From Nemertoderma westbladi (lineage: Eukaryota; Animalia; Xenacoelomorpha): a stretch of 64,000 nt of DNA. Under the pieces are notes generated by a model. That model had not been told where the DNA came from, made no database searches, and saw nothing but the letters and a program-made list of their open reading frames with translations. The position numbers and the translations under genes were made by a program. Numbering within the stretch: the first letter of the stretch is position 1; each line of letters starts with the position of its first letter. This document shows, one piece after another, positions 1 to 14,170 of this stretch. The stretch lies in NCBI GenBank assembly GCA_032718475.1, contig JAUCBJ010005653.1, positions 6,447-70,446 of the forward strand, written 5' to 3'.

Positions 1-88
1 ATATATTACTATTGACAAGTATTGAAATATATACCGTTATTCGTGTTATCAGTATTTGCAACATCTGACATTGAAGAGGTGAGAGAAG

Positions 89-430
89 ATGAATACCGGC
101 ACTCAACAAAACCAACGCTTATTACATGTCGGTATGGTTACCTCGAAACCGGCGCGACTGTCCACTCGAATACAACTTCAAAACACAAACGCCAACAATA
201 AACTGAAAGCGAATCGAACGTCTTCAGAAGATTCTGTCATTGGGACGAAGAAAAGGAAGCCGAAACCACGGGAATGGACCACAGCTAAGATTGAATGCTC
301 CCTTTGTCAGAGTTCCTGGACCGAAATTGAAACACCAATTGCCGATGGGCTTGATCTCTCAAACCAAAACTTCCTCTGCGGGGTTTGCGCGGCAGTACAG
401 ATTGAAAGTCTGGAAGCTGGCATCCCTAGG
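89..430 (+). mobile_element. Truncated ORF fragment with a PHD-like Cys pattern, probably a retroelement ORF1/Gag remnant
   Basis: A basic stretch followed by IECSLCQSSW...FLCGVC. No continuation is visible. Confidence 0.35.
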
Positions 431-975
431 TATTATTATTATAAAGAGCGTCAGCCTGCCTTTAATAAATATATTTTAATAGAAAACAGGTCGAAGGTTT
501 AGAGGCTTATAATGAAGACGAGTACTGCATTGATTATATTCCTATAAACCACCTGGCTTGGCATATTGAACGTGCGTTTGGAAATAAGTTCGTGCTACCC
601 TTCCGTGGGTGGTAGATGTCGCGGTTATGTATTGGGGGGAGGGGGGGGGGGGGGGTGCAGATTAAAAGGGGTGAACACGTACTGTCCCCCTTTCTTTGAT
701 TAATTGGTGGTGTGGGTTAATCTCTCATAACCTGATTTTGTGATACAGTCGCACAATTTTAATTTGTATCTCATAACTGGGCCTCGTGCTGCGCGAAGGC
801 CCCACGAACGTGTATCAATGTAACTGGAGTTTAATTAAAGCCGAATAACTCAATGCATTGTCTGAATATCAACTGTGGGACATGTAATGGTTTTCTTATA
901 CATATATTTACAGCTTAGTAGAGTTCCATGTGGCATTAGTGGCCATATGTACTTTACGGCGATTTTAGTATATAT

Positions 976-3627
976 ACTAAAAAGGCATTTCCTTAAGGAA
1001 ATGCAACCACGAAGCTAAGGAAAATTAAACACACTTTGACTCATCAGTTCATTGGTTTACCTAGTTAAAAGTCATATGTCTTAATTAAACTCGCATTACC
1101 ATGGCAACTGGAGTTTTCTAGAACTGCTTGGTTTTACATTAAGATCAAGTTTGTGGTTCCAGGTGACACAAATTGACTTCAAGGAAGTTTCATTGAGTAG
1201 TTGATGTCCAAAATTAAAGATGTATTTTTGTTAAAACATCAGTTTGCAGTGGTTGTCTTGGAAACTGATAAATATAACAACGTTAATTGGATGTAGAATA
1301 AGTGATATAGCGAGGGTAGCCGTAATATCTTAATGTTATGGTTTAAATAATCATTTTATAAATTTGAACATCTGTTTAGCCTGGTTGCCCTGGTAACTAA
1401 ATTTTCTAATTGACCTCAATAAGCGCAACTATTGTCCTTATCATTGAGTTGAAAAACTTCAAGTTTCGATTTATTATGGTTGTTGTACAAATAGAGTTAA
1501 TAATATAGACTTTAATGTATTAGATTTTAATAAACTCCCGTTACCATGGTAACTAGATATTTCTAGAAGTTTTGAGTTTTTCAAAAAGTTCCAAATAGGA
1601 GTCCAGATAACACATACCCAGTTTCAGATAATGTTTTCGTTTAGTCTATGTACAAAATGAACAATTTTTGTGTCGAAACATCTGTTTTCAGCGGTTGCCA
1701 TGGAAACTGAAAAACAGAACAACGCAATTCGTATGCAGAATAAGTCATATAGTGGGGGTAGGTATTGGTCCCAAGTCATAATACTATTAACTTGTGCTTG
1801 AAATTGACATTTTATAAACTCTTACATCTGTTTAGCCTGGTTGCCATGGTATCAGGATTTTTAATTTACCGCAATCTGCTCGGCTATGGCCCTTATAGTT
1901 GAGTTGAAAAACTCCAAGTTTATATCTATTACGGTTTTTCTACAAATAGAGTTATGAATATAGACTTGAATGATATAATCTGTAATAAACTCCAGTTACC
2001 ACGGTAACTAGATATTTCTGGAATGTTTTTGAGTTCCACTAAAAGTTCCAACTAGTTGTCCAGATAACACATACCCAGTTTCGTAACATTTTATCGCGAA
2101 GTCTATGTCCAAATGAATAATTTTTGTATAAAAACATCTGTTTTCAGCGGTTGTCGTGGTGACTGCAAAATAAAACAATTAAATTTGGACGCAGTATAAG
2201 TTATATAGTGGGGGTAGGGATTGGTCCCAAGTTATAACACCTTAACTTTAGGCTTCAAATTAACATTTTATAAATTTTAACATCTGTTTATCCCGGTTGC
2301 CAAGGTAACTTAATTTTCTATTTAACCTCAATCGGCTCTGCTATGGACCTTATAGTGGTGTTGAGAAACCCCAAGTTTATATGTATTATAGTTTTCCTAC
2401 AAATAGAGTTATAAATATTGACTTGAAATACATAGACTTTTTTCTAAGTCCGTTGCCATGGAAACCAGATATACATGCAAAATTTCAGGGTACTTTTAAA
2501 GGCTAGTTTTTTCCTCGGTCAAAAAACACTAAATCTGCCCCATACAAGTAAAATAGCCCACTATGAATACACCATCTCAGCTAAGGAAAATCTTTCTTAG
2601 CGAAAGTAGTTGATTTTCCTTAGCTTCGTGGATGACAGTATTACGAGAAAGGCATTTCCTAAAGGAAATGCAACCACGAAGCTAAGGAAAATTAAACACT
2701 CTTTGACTCATCACTTCATTGCTTTACAGAGTTAAGTTAAAAACTCATATTACGAGAAAGGCATTTCCTAAAGGAAATGCAACCACGAAGCTAAGGAAAA
2801 TTAAACAAACGGCCACACTTTGGTTCGTTGCTTAGCCTCGTTTAGTAGCAATTGTCAATAATTAACTTCTATTCCCATGGAAACTAGAGTTCTCTGGAAC
2901 TCTCTGGAACCTTTGAAAAAAAATTCAGTACAGATTGTGGTTCAGATAACACATATACTGAGTTTCAGAAAATATTGTAGTTTATGTCCAAATTACCGAT
3001 TTTCTATAAAAATGCATCTGTTTGCAGTGGTTGTCATGGAAACTAAAAAATAGAACGATGTAATTCGGATGCAGAATAAGTCATATAGTGGGGGTAGGGG
3101 TTAGTCCCAAGTCATAATACTATTAACTTGTGCTTCAAATTAATATTTTATAAATTTTAACATCTGTTTAGACTTGTTGCTATGGTAACTGTATTTTCTA
3201 ATTAACCTCAAACGGCTTGGATATGGATCTTATAGATGAGTTGCAAAACCCCAAGTTTATATATATTACAGTTTTGCTACAAATAGAGTTATCAATATAG
3301 ATTTGAATGATATAGAGTTTAATAAACTACAGTTACCGTGGTAACTAAATTTCTGGAATAATTTAAGTTTCACTAAAAGTTCCAACTAGTGGTCCAGATA
3401 ACACATACCCAGTTTTGTAAAATTTTATCGTTAAGTCTATGCCTAAATGAATAAGTTTTGAATAAAAACATCTGTATTCAGCGGTTGTCATGGTAACTGA
3501 AAAATAGAACAATGTAATTCGGATGCAGAATAAGTTATATAGTGGGGGTAGGGGTTGGTCCCAAGTCATGGTAACTGAAAAATAGAACAATGTAATTCGG
3601 ATGCAGAATAAGTTATATAGTGGGGGT
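976..3627. mobile_element. Tandem Helentron/HINE (DINE-1-like) non-autonomous elements carrying ~455-bp central tandem repeats
   Basis: Terminal palindrome gcatttccttaaggaaatgc at 985-1004, recurring near 2652 and 2762. A 19-bp subterminal inverted repeat lies at 1007-1025 / 2613-2631 with a stem-loop at 2579-2624. The unit marker aaatagagtta recurs at 1489, 1943, 2401 and 3281. The family assignment is an inference from structure. Confidence 0.6.
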
Positions 3628-6600
3628 AAAATAACTTAATTGGTTATTTTAGAGAGATGAAAATATTTAATGACTTTATCGTACAGAATATTTAATACAA
3701 GAGTTTAAAGATTTTACCCGAAATTATAAAGTATGAATTTACCGTAACAAATAGTATATGAATTTAATTGAACGAATGAGCAGGAGATCCAAAATCCTTA
3801 TAATTAAAATGCCATTTAGTAATTAGTTCTGGTTGACCCCTTATACTGCACATACTGTACTAACTATCTAATGTACTGTTAATATTTGACCCTTTATTCT
3901 GCACATACTATTTACTGTAAGTACAGTACTGTATATCTTGAATAATTAACAGGCGCGTATGCTAGTGCTAATTAACCCAATGTAGGTACTGAATAATCGA
4001 ACTAAATATCAATCTACTGTACAATTATAGAAAAACTTTGTCCTAGACTCAATATTGGCGATTTCAATGTTAACTGTATAATATAATTACCACACTCCCC
4101 CGTTGAACGACGTAAATATCTACACGTAAAACGACTATAAATAATTTAAATAAATATTGTAACCAAACAGATAATAAATTAACCGCCACCGTTTTATTTA
4201 TATAATTGCTATGTATTTCAATCACCAATGTCCAAGGGAAACAATTCTTGAACAGGTCGCTTTAGAGTTTGTGATTTGCCAGATTTGCGATCCCAGACCT
4301 TAACGACTGCTCCACGTACATGTCCATCTCTCCCTTGGAACAACGACTCTACGAGACCCAACTTCCACATAGAGCGGTGTAGACCAGCGTCTCGAACGAT
4401 CACCGATTCCCCAACTTGAATGACTCTTTGCTGAGTCCTCGCTGTCCCGTAATGTTGCTGTCTTAGATTTAGTAGATATTCCGTCCGCCGCCGTCTCCAA
4501 CAATGGTTGAGTAGGATTTCCTGTAGTCGCCATCGCTGTCGAACGTCCGTTGAAGAGGTATAATCAGTAACAAGCCTCACACCGAGATTTGGCATAGCTG
4601 TAAGGCGTTTCCCTACTAAGAAATGAGATGGAGTTAAAGGTTCAATGTCCATGTCACCTGGAAAATTAGAGCAATAAGTTAATGGTCTTGAGTTAATAGC
4701 CGCTTCGATTCCCATAAATACCGTTATGAGTTCCATGAGTGTCAATATCGCTTGTCCAATAACCTTCACCAAACATCGTTTCACCGTTTGTATCATTCTT
4801 TCGAAGAATCCTCCCCACCAAGGTGATTTTTTCAGATTGAACTGCCACACTATGCCTTGGTTTACAAAGAAGTCTTGTACCTGTTTAGATTTAAGAAATC
4901 GTTGATTAAATCAATTTTTTGAAGCTGCTTTGAAAGTTTTAGCATTGTCGCTTACTATCAATGTTGGCTTTCCTCTCCGACCAATGAATCTGGAAAAACA
5001 TTCAATAAATGAAGAAGTTGTTAAATCAGTGACTACCTCTAAATGCACCGCCCTTGTGACGGTACAAGTAAAAATGCACAAATATGACTTTGAAAGATTT
5101 CCGTCTGCTATAATGCCTCCGTATATTGGTTTAATAAGAAATGGTCCTGCAAAATCACATCCAACTGTATTGAATGGCAACGATTCCTGTACCCGAAATG
5201 TTGGTAACGGTGGGGATTCTGGGGGACAATATGGTTTACCTTGGTGACGTATGCAAACCCCACATTTCGCTAGACATTTTTTTATGGCTTCTCTGCTCTG
5301 AAGGATCCAATATTTCTCTCGAATTTGGGCTAAGGTCGAAGCAAGACCCTGGTGTAACACAATTTCATGACATTTTTGGATAATGAGACTGGTTAAATGG
5401 TGGACCTTTGGTAGAACATCTGGTCTTTTGGCTGTTTCCGATATCATTGCGTTGTCTAATCTTCCTTTACAAACCCAGATACCCTGAAACTGTATTATAT
5501 TCAGTTGATATTTTAATTGCTTTATTTTCTCGGCATTGAATGTTTCTCCCTGAACTGCAATTATCCACATATCACGAGCCTTTTCAATTTCTGGGACTGT
5601 CAACTGACCTGATAAATATTTGTTCGATTTTGACATCTTGCATTTCAAGTTGTAAATAAATCTATTGACATATGACGTCACACGTAATAATCGATTTAAC
5701 TTACTGAATGACTCACATTTGATGATCCGAGAAACATTCTCAAATACGATGTTGTTAACCTTTGTGTGACAAACCATTTCAGATCTGATAATCTTAGCTT
5801 CTATTGTTTTATCTTCATTGGATTGGATGATGTTTGGTTGTTGCGGCCATTTGCATTTCCTGCGTTCAACCATTTAGGGCCGTATATCCATTCTTTACTC
5901 ATAACATAGTTCGCATTAACGCCTCGAGATGGCGCATCGGCGGGATTCAACGATGTAGGAACGTAAAGCCATGTCTCTGGTGGTGTTAGTCCGCGAATTT
6001 CCTGTACTGTAAATTCAACATATTGTTTATATTGACGTTTTACAGATGTAATCCAATATAGAACTGCTGTAGAATCTGTCCAACACAAAATACTAGTTAC
6101 GTTATACTTATATAAAGCATCTGCTACATTCGAAATAAGTCTTGCAAGAATTAACGTACCTAAAAGCTCCAGACGTGGAATTTCTTTCACATTTTTCGGA
6201 GCCACGCGAGTTTTCGAAGAAACAAGTTAAACAACAGTTACCTTTCCATGTCTATTTACAACTTTGATGTATACAACAGCTGCATATGCATATTTCGATG
6301 CATCTGAGAATCCGTGTAATTCCAATCTAGAATCGGTCCAATTGAAATCACCTGAGGTCAAATAAAATCTAGGTATTTCAAAATTAGTTAAATTCTCTAG
6401 GTCAGATACCCAGCTGTTCCATGTGTCCAGATGTTCACCTTGTATTTGTTGGTCCCAGCTGAAAGCACCTGCAGTTAGTTTCTGAAATAATATTTTTGGT
6501 ATAATAACCTAAATAAAACCTAAAGGATCGTAAATGCTTGCTGTTAATTTTTGGATTGTCTTCCGATTGATCTTTGAATTATCCTTGCCGATAACCTTTG

Positions 6601-7060
6601 ATAAATCAATAAATAATGTATCTTTCTGTGAATTCCAGCCAATACCGAGAACTTTAGAATTTGAATTATTATCAGCTGTGGGACTAAGAATTATGTCCGC
6701 GTAAGTAGAGAAATCTTCTTCCACCATAGAATCACTTACCACCTTTTGTTCTTTCTTGTCTAGATCCTTATTTTCCTTGTTTTCCTCATCCTCAATCATT
6801 TTGTTTAGTTCACTTGAGTTGCTTTTCCATTTCCTCATAATAAATCCTCCTTCCCGAAATATCGTCTTAACTCGTTTGTATATATCAAAGGTAGAAACAA
6901 CATCATGTGAGCCACTGTTTAAGTCGTCGACGTAGAGACTATCCGTAATGAGATCAATTAGTTCTGGCTCCTGTGACATATAATTGCTAGCATGAAACTT
7001 TAAAGTACCTTGAAGCAGAAATAGACTGCACACTAAACCAAAACATACCCGAGTATACCT

Positions 7061-10047
7061 CGTCACCTTCAAGGCAGAACCCCCTAAGTCGATTTTTGTA
7101 GTTCTGAGATAATCGATAAAAACTGTTTATTTTTTAGAGAGATGCCTCAGTTTACTTGTTATTGTGTTTTTTGATAACTAAATATATATAGAATTCATAT
7201 AATTAAACTTTCAATATGATTTAGAATTACCTTTGAAATATATTGCGGTTTTTTTGTAAAAATTCTGACTTATGGTGTTTTGCCAAAACAAAGGGGAACA
7301 CCGTTTTCTGGTATTATCCCGTAACTATACGATAGTTGCGGGGTATTGCCTAGAAAACAAGGTATCCTCAATTTGGCAAAACACCATAAGTACGAATTTT
7401 TACAAAAAACACGCAAAATATATCAAATAATAGCCAAGGCGTATCGTACGTCCTTAATAATTTAGTGCGTAGTGCGCACGTAATACATGTGCGCATTTGT
7501 TATTAGCTAAAACGTGCTATCTAACATGTTAACTAGCACATGATCAGGTGTTAGTATTACCTGTAAACGCAATAATAACAAATAATCACATACAATATAG
7601 CTAACACACTTGCGCACATGTTGGAAATTTTTGAATTCAAAATCAAAGGGCTCCATAAGTTTTTGATATTTTGGTATTAATTGCTTCTAAAATAAGTACG
7701 GGACTGTAGTTAGAATCATGTATCAATACAAATTGAACAAAATGTAGCCAAATGCAGAACTATAAGAACAAAATTTAGATTCAAGAAAGCGGAACTCTAA
7801 GTACAAAATATAGCCATGGGTGGTACTCTACAGTAAGAACAAAGTCTAGCTACAGGGTTACAGCTACGTTAAAGTAAAGTTCACTTACAGTACGTCATGA
7901 CGAATAATTAAAGACCTGTTTTTTCTACAGTACGTGGCAACATTTTGAGCAACTCTATCAGCAACTTAGTGAGCATGTCAGGTTGCCGATCAAGTTGCTC
8001 TATGTAAACGCGAAGTTTGTTGCTGTAAAAGATGCCTCATATAACGGAGACTAAAAGTTAATGTTACTCAAATTAAGTTGCTTGTTACTGACCAAGTTAT
8101 CCAAAACGTCCTGAACCCCATAGCAACTTGGAGACAAACATTAAATGAGGGACAGATATTTATCAGCGCCACAAACATTAGTGTGGGACAAACATTAATC
8201 AGGGTGACAAACATTAATGTGGGACATAAACATTGATGTAGGACACAAACAATAATGTGGGACATAAACATTGATATAGGACACAAACATTAATGTGGAA
8301 CACAAACATTAATGAGGGACACAAACATTAATGAGGGACACAAACATTAATGAGGAACACAAATATTACTGAGGGTGACAAACATTAATGAGGGACACAA
8401 ACATTAATGAGGGACACAAACATTAATGAGGGACACAAACATTAATGAGGGACACAACATTAATGAGGGACACAAATATTAATGAGGGACACAAACATTA
8501 ATGAGCGACACAAACATTAATGAGGGACACAAACATTAATTGAGGGACACTAACATTAATGAGGTACACAAATATTAATGAGGGACACAAACATTAATGA
8601 GCGACACAAACATTAATGAGGGACACAAACAATAAACGAGGGACAGATATCAATCAAAGGCACAAACATTAATGAGGGACACAAACATTAATGAGGGACA
8701 CAAACATTAATGAGGGACACAAACATTAATGAGGGACACAAACATTAATGAGGAACACAAATATTAACGAGGGACACAAACATTAATGAGGGACACAACA
8801 TTAATGAGGGACACAAACATTAATGAGATACACAAACATTAATGAGGGACACAAACATTAATGAGGGACACAACATTAATGAGGGACACAAACATTAATG
8901 AGATACACAAACATTAATGAGGGACACAAACATTAATGAGGGACACAAACATTAATGAGATACACAAACATTAATGAGGGACACAAACAATAAACGAGGG
9001 ACAGATATCAATCAAGGGCACAAACATTAATCATGGGCACTATCGCCCTTCGCACTTAGTATGATTCATGTTACCACTCATACATACATACACACATACA
9101 ATATATTACAGTATTACAATTCTCATTACTGTCAAGCAATAAAATAACAACAATAAATAATAACATATTAATCTGACCAAACCAATAAACTATGTTATTG
9201 CCAATTGAAGGAAAGGATCAGGTTACAGCGATGGTTTTTCTAACCAAAACAATAAACGATGTTGTTACTAAAAAGGGAAGGAGTAGGAGTAAAAAAATGA
9301 TGAACATGAGGGGGAGACAGGAATGGGGGGGGGGGGGGGTAACATGAATGGTAGTTGTAGGAGGTAAATTGAAAATATGGGGGTATACCAGCCGGGGGGG
9401 GGGGGGGGGGGGGTCAGCTGAACAACGTAACCGAACGTCGCTTTCAATTAATTTCCATCTAATTAGGAAGATGGAATGTATACGAAACGGCGGTACTTTG
9501 ATCGAAGCTCACGTTCCCATGGTAGTATTTTTTCCAGTTAATCACTTAATATCTAATCATCTGATGGCAAGCATCACCATCGCTCATATTAATATCCATT
9601 GGCAACCTTGGACCCCTATTAATGTTTTGTGTCCCTCATTAATGTTTGCGTCCCTCAATAATGTTTGTGTCCCTAATTAATATTTGTGTCCTGGCCGCAA
9701 TACAAACCAGTATATAAATGATAAATTACGGGGTTTTGCCAGGCTATTGTTTCTGATTTAAGGGGTTTTACAGGTTGTTATTTCTGATTTAAGGGGTTTT
9801 GCCAGGTGGACTGAATTTCATATACTTGAATTTACGGTGTTTTGCAAGCCAATTATTGACTTGGGGGGTTCTGCCTCGAAGTGGGCATAAGTTACGGGGA
9901 ACTGTCTTTGGCTTATAACTCAAAAATGGCTGGTAGAAAAGCTTCGGGGTTCTGCCAGACGAAAAAGCCGATATCGAATTACCCAAAAAGTCAAAAACAT
10001 GAAAATCGAAAAAAATCAACTTAGGGGGTTCTGCCTTGAAGGTGACG
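7061..10047. mobile_element. Non-autonomous TIR DNA transposon (Sola1-like by inference) inserted in the BEL RT
   Basis: ~37-bp TIRs (cgtcaccttcaaggcagaaccccctaagt...) and a 4-bp TSD ACCT at 7057-7060 and 10048-10051. Removing the element restores the RT frame SKIVTYRYTRVCFG. Confidence 0.9.
8133..9038 (+). repeat. 19-bp minisatellite (gagggacacaaacattaat), about 45 copies, with a few inverted copies at ~9617-9691
   Basis: Read directly from the sequence. Confidence 0.95.
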
Positions 10048-13000
10048 ACCTGTAAGTAACAATCTTGCTATTTTCGTCGAAAGGATTCTCCCACCATAGG
10101 AATCTCACTGGTTTTCTAAACATACCATGTGAAAGGCCTTTTCGATATCTCCCAGTAACGCCACTTTATATGACCGTAGACGAATGAAATAAACTGGCAC
10201 CTAGAAAGGGCCCAGTATATAAACAGTTATTTAAACTTACTCCTTTCTTAGAAGAGCAGCTTCCATTAAATACAATACGTACTTTGGTTGTAGACTTGTC
10301 TAATTTGACCACACAATGATGAGGAATGTAATGAATTGCATTTTCTGTTGTCTCTAGATCAGGAACCCTTTCAATAATGCCGCGTTCAAATTGTTCATTA
10401 ATTATTGAATTGTATTTATTTAGAAGTAAATATTCCTTTCGTAAACGATGCATTAGTGAAATAAGCTGCTTCAACGCAATATTCTTGTCATCAGTTAAAT
10501 TTGGTTTTATAATTTCTTTCCATGGTAAACATACAACATACCTTTCATCTTGAAATTTCACCATTTGTTTGAATTTGTCGTATATCCACGCCTCTGATTC
10601 AGATGCACTTGCGATTCCTAAAGATTCCACTTCCCAGAACTGTTTGAGTAACTGCATCAGGTTTCCATCATCTGTTGAGTCTTGATATTTTTTCTGGGTT
10701 TCATCTACATTTAGTGATCCTTGAATAGCTAGAATTTCTGTTGATTTAGACCGCATATCTATGGGTTCTCCGGAAATAGAGCACATCATGATGTTAATTA
10801 CATTAGAATATGTTTCGTTACATAATGGACCTGACAATAACCAACCTAGGTGGCTTTTGATTGCCACTGGACCTTCACCAGATTCGCCCTATATTTTCTC
10901 TCCGGTAACAATTTTCCAATGGTAATTTGCGCCAATGAGAATGTCAATCTTCGTATCCGTATAATGCGTTTCCGTATCTGCTAGAGGAAGACCTTCGAAA
11001 TGAGGAAAATTATATTTATTTACAGTAACGCAGGCGCGTTCTTGTTTCGTCTCACTTATATATGGCACAGAGTATGCTGTAATATCAATATTAATTCTCG
11101 ATTTACATTCTAAAACAAATTTAACCACATCCCTTTCTTCTATCCTTTTGTCCATAAATACATCAAGTGTTAATGAATCACGCCATAATGTTGGCAACTC
11201 GAGTAATTCTCGCTTTTGATTTGTAATAAAACATGATGTGGCTCCAATATCAAAAAGAATTCTCACATTGGTTTTCTTACAAGTAATATCATTTGAAATA
11301 GTGCCGGTTGCAAACTGCAATAATGTAGGGGGTCGTCCTTCTACCATGAAGTTCATGGTTTTGGAATTAGCCATCGGCTTTGGGACAAATTCAATTGCAT
11401 TCTCGTTTAAAGTGATGTGACTAGATTCACGTGTTTTGTTTATATTTTGATTGTATGTACCACTTTGGCTCCGATTAGACACACTATAATAACTAGGATG
11501 GGGAGCATTGACATGATGTGGACCTGGAGTAAATGGAGGGGCTTGATGTAGGTTTGAACCGCGTGCATGGTTTGGGTTATTGAGTGGGAATTTTTGTTCC
11601 ATTTTACGACATAAACTTACATGATGTTTTCCGCAGCATTGGTAACATTGTTTACCTGAGTAGCAATCCCTCGCTGTATGCCTGGGTTTGAGGCAAATGA
11701 AGCATCGGTCATCATTTCGCAGTTGTTGTTTTCTTGAATCAAGGTCCGTGTAGGTTGGACACCGTAATGATGAATGATTACCGTTGCAATATGAACAGAA
11801 AACCGCTGATATTTAATTATTATTGTCGTAGTCAGATCTTGTTACCATCGCCGAAGCTGTAGAGGTAAACTTTGAAGCGTTAGGATTCCTGTAATTATAA
11901 TTAGGGGTTGATTGTCTAGCGTAGTTAGATTCACTAATATTACTATTTGTAGCGATATACTCACTGGCCTCCATAGCATCAGCTTTTCTTCTGATAAAAT
12001 CTGCAATTTTATCGATTTTGAAACAATCATCAGATTCGGTATGTTCGTGAAATTTCTCTCTGACTGACTCCGGTAACTTACCAAGAATTACTTGACATAT
12101 CATGGCTGAATTTATGTCCGAGATCATTCCAAGTGATTCCAGGGAGCGAATGTGGGGAATCAAATTATCATAAAATGATCGCAAGTCCTTTAAATGTCGA
12201 CACACTGGAATATTATAAACTTTATTAAAATGACCTGAAATAGTCATACTTTTGCGTCCAAATCTTTCATGGGTAATCTGAACAGCTGTACTGTAATTTT
12301 CAGCAGTCACTTCTAGTCCTTCCACTGTGAGTTTGGCTCTGCCTTTAAGAATTTTTTTTAAATATATAAACTTCTCTACAGTTGGGATTGCGGTGTTGCT
12401 GTCAATAGCACTAGTAAAGGACTGCCAAAACGGTTGAAAGGTTGTGTAATCACCTTCGAAATTTTCTAATTTTATTGCGGGAAGTCTTTTTCTATAGGTT
12501 GCTTGTTGCAAAATACGTGTTTCCATATCAGAACTAGTTTTGGGCATTGAAACTTCCGCTTTAGAGATAGTTTTGTCAAGATCACTATCTAAACAGACTT
12601 GTTGCAAACCAGAAATTGCAAGCAATAGTCTGGAATTATATTCATCACTCTGATACAAATCATTTTCAACATCATCATCTTTCAAATGAAAATGGATTTC
12701 TTTGTTTTGACTGTCTAATTGAGCTTTTACATCTGGTATTAGAAGCAATAATTGTTTGCTTCTGGTCAATGATTCTGAAGTTATTTGATCGCATGCAAGA
12801 GCCTCAGCTTCCTTCGCTAACTTAGTAGCCTTGGATCTATAGCGCCCTCTTATTTGTACAAGGCGTGTTAGATCACCCATGGTGAATGATAATCTAATTT
12901 GCCAGAGAAATAATCTTACTGGGTGTTGTGAAATGTAACCAACGTACCTTTTGAGTTATATCTGAAGAGTTTGATGTGATTTATTCTTCCGAGAAATCCG

Positions 13001-13104
13001 ATGTAAGTAGTGGGTTGTCCGTTGTTCGTTATTGTCGCACAATTGCATTGAGTTCCAACCGTTCATCGTCTCCTTTTCGTAGTTGTACCGGTTCGAAGGG
13101 GGGG

Positions 13105-14170
13105 ATGCAATGTCCATCAAAGCGGAGGCGATTTTGTTCTACTGTCAATCTCGGGGGAACCAATGAGACACCTCCAATGTTATATAGTGTCTGGTTGGAG
13201 ATGTGTGCATTGTACTTGATACAATGAACCCGCCGTAGCATTCTTGTAAAGGTGCCATCCATAGATTTGATGTCCTCAGCAGTTACAGCCCAGCATGGAC
13301 TCCATAGAGGAGTACTGGAACTACTGATGCTCTAAATAATCGGACCTTAAGTTTCCGATTAATTCTCGGTGACTTCCAAATCCTGGAAAGCCTATTCAAG
13401 GCTGCCCATGCTTTTCCCTTACGTATTCGAAGGTCCTCACCTGACTTCCGGATCCATGATCCTAGGTAACAGAAGTCGTACACATGCTCAAGCATACCAA
13501 CCTTTGAGCTTATGGTCATCCGATCAGAGACTTGCTGAGGACTTTCAAAGTTAACTGTCAAAATTTTTGTCTTTCTGGAGTTAATAAAAAGACCAACACT
13601 AGAGGCAGCATATTCTAATGAGCTGAGGAACCGTTGGGCTCCCTCTAGTGATTCTGAGAGTACTCCTAAGTCATCAGCAAAGTCTAGATCAGTTAGTACT
13701 TGGCAGGATTTCCTTGACTTCTGGAGCCAGTAGGTGGAGTTATCATCACCCCATCATCATTATGATGATCTAAGGACATGCGTAGAACATAGTCAACCTC
13801 AATTATAAACAAGAATGGTGCAAGTGTGTCTCCCTAGAGGACGCCCCATAACACTTCAAATGGTTCTGTGTCACCGTCAACAGTAGACACAAATGTTGAT
13901 GATGATTGCTGGAATAATTTCGTCAGGAATCCCATATAATGAAAGTATGCTGAACATACGTGAGCGAGAGACTGAATCAAAAGCCTTGAAGAAGTCAACA
14001 AAGATAACAGCCAGATGCCTGTCTTTCCTTTTTTGTTAACTCTTGGCCTTCAATTACCCTTCTAAGTGTCAAAATGGGCTCCATGGTCCCACGACCTTTA
14101 CGGAACCCATTCTGATTTCCACGGAGCAGTCTCTCAATGGGATCCCTGATGCGATCTAATAGTGATTTAA
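13105..14170 (-). mobile_element. Decayed non-LTR retrotransposon RT fragment (RTE-like)
   Basis: QNGFRKGR, FVDFFKAFDS, GDTLAPFLF, LDFADDL, FCYLGS and VLLYG motifs, with stops. Confidence 0.9.

Larger units (their letters stand above)
3630..13099 (-). mobile_element. Decayed BEL/Pao LTR retrotransposon (gag-PR-RT-RNaseH-IN); 5' LTR lost, left limit of the 3' LTR approximate
   Basis: Gag at 12880-11813 and three CCHC-type knuckles at ~11590-11800. Protease LFDIGAT, RT SLYVDDL, RNase H (HGFSDAS, IPRLELLG, WTDS) and integrase (H-H-C-C, DFAGP, SDNAKTF, PWWGGFFER). PPT gggggag at 4101-4095 is followed by TG at 4094, and a partial tRNA-Tyr-type PBS ccttcgaaccgg lies at 13099-13088. In-frame stops and frameshifts are present. 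Confidence 0.95.

Noticed and set aside
10889-11815. Programmed stop-codon readthrough in the BEL gag-pol
   Set aside because: BEL elements normally have one ORF, and this copy has several other stops and frameshifts, so decay is the simpler explanation.
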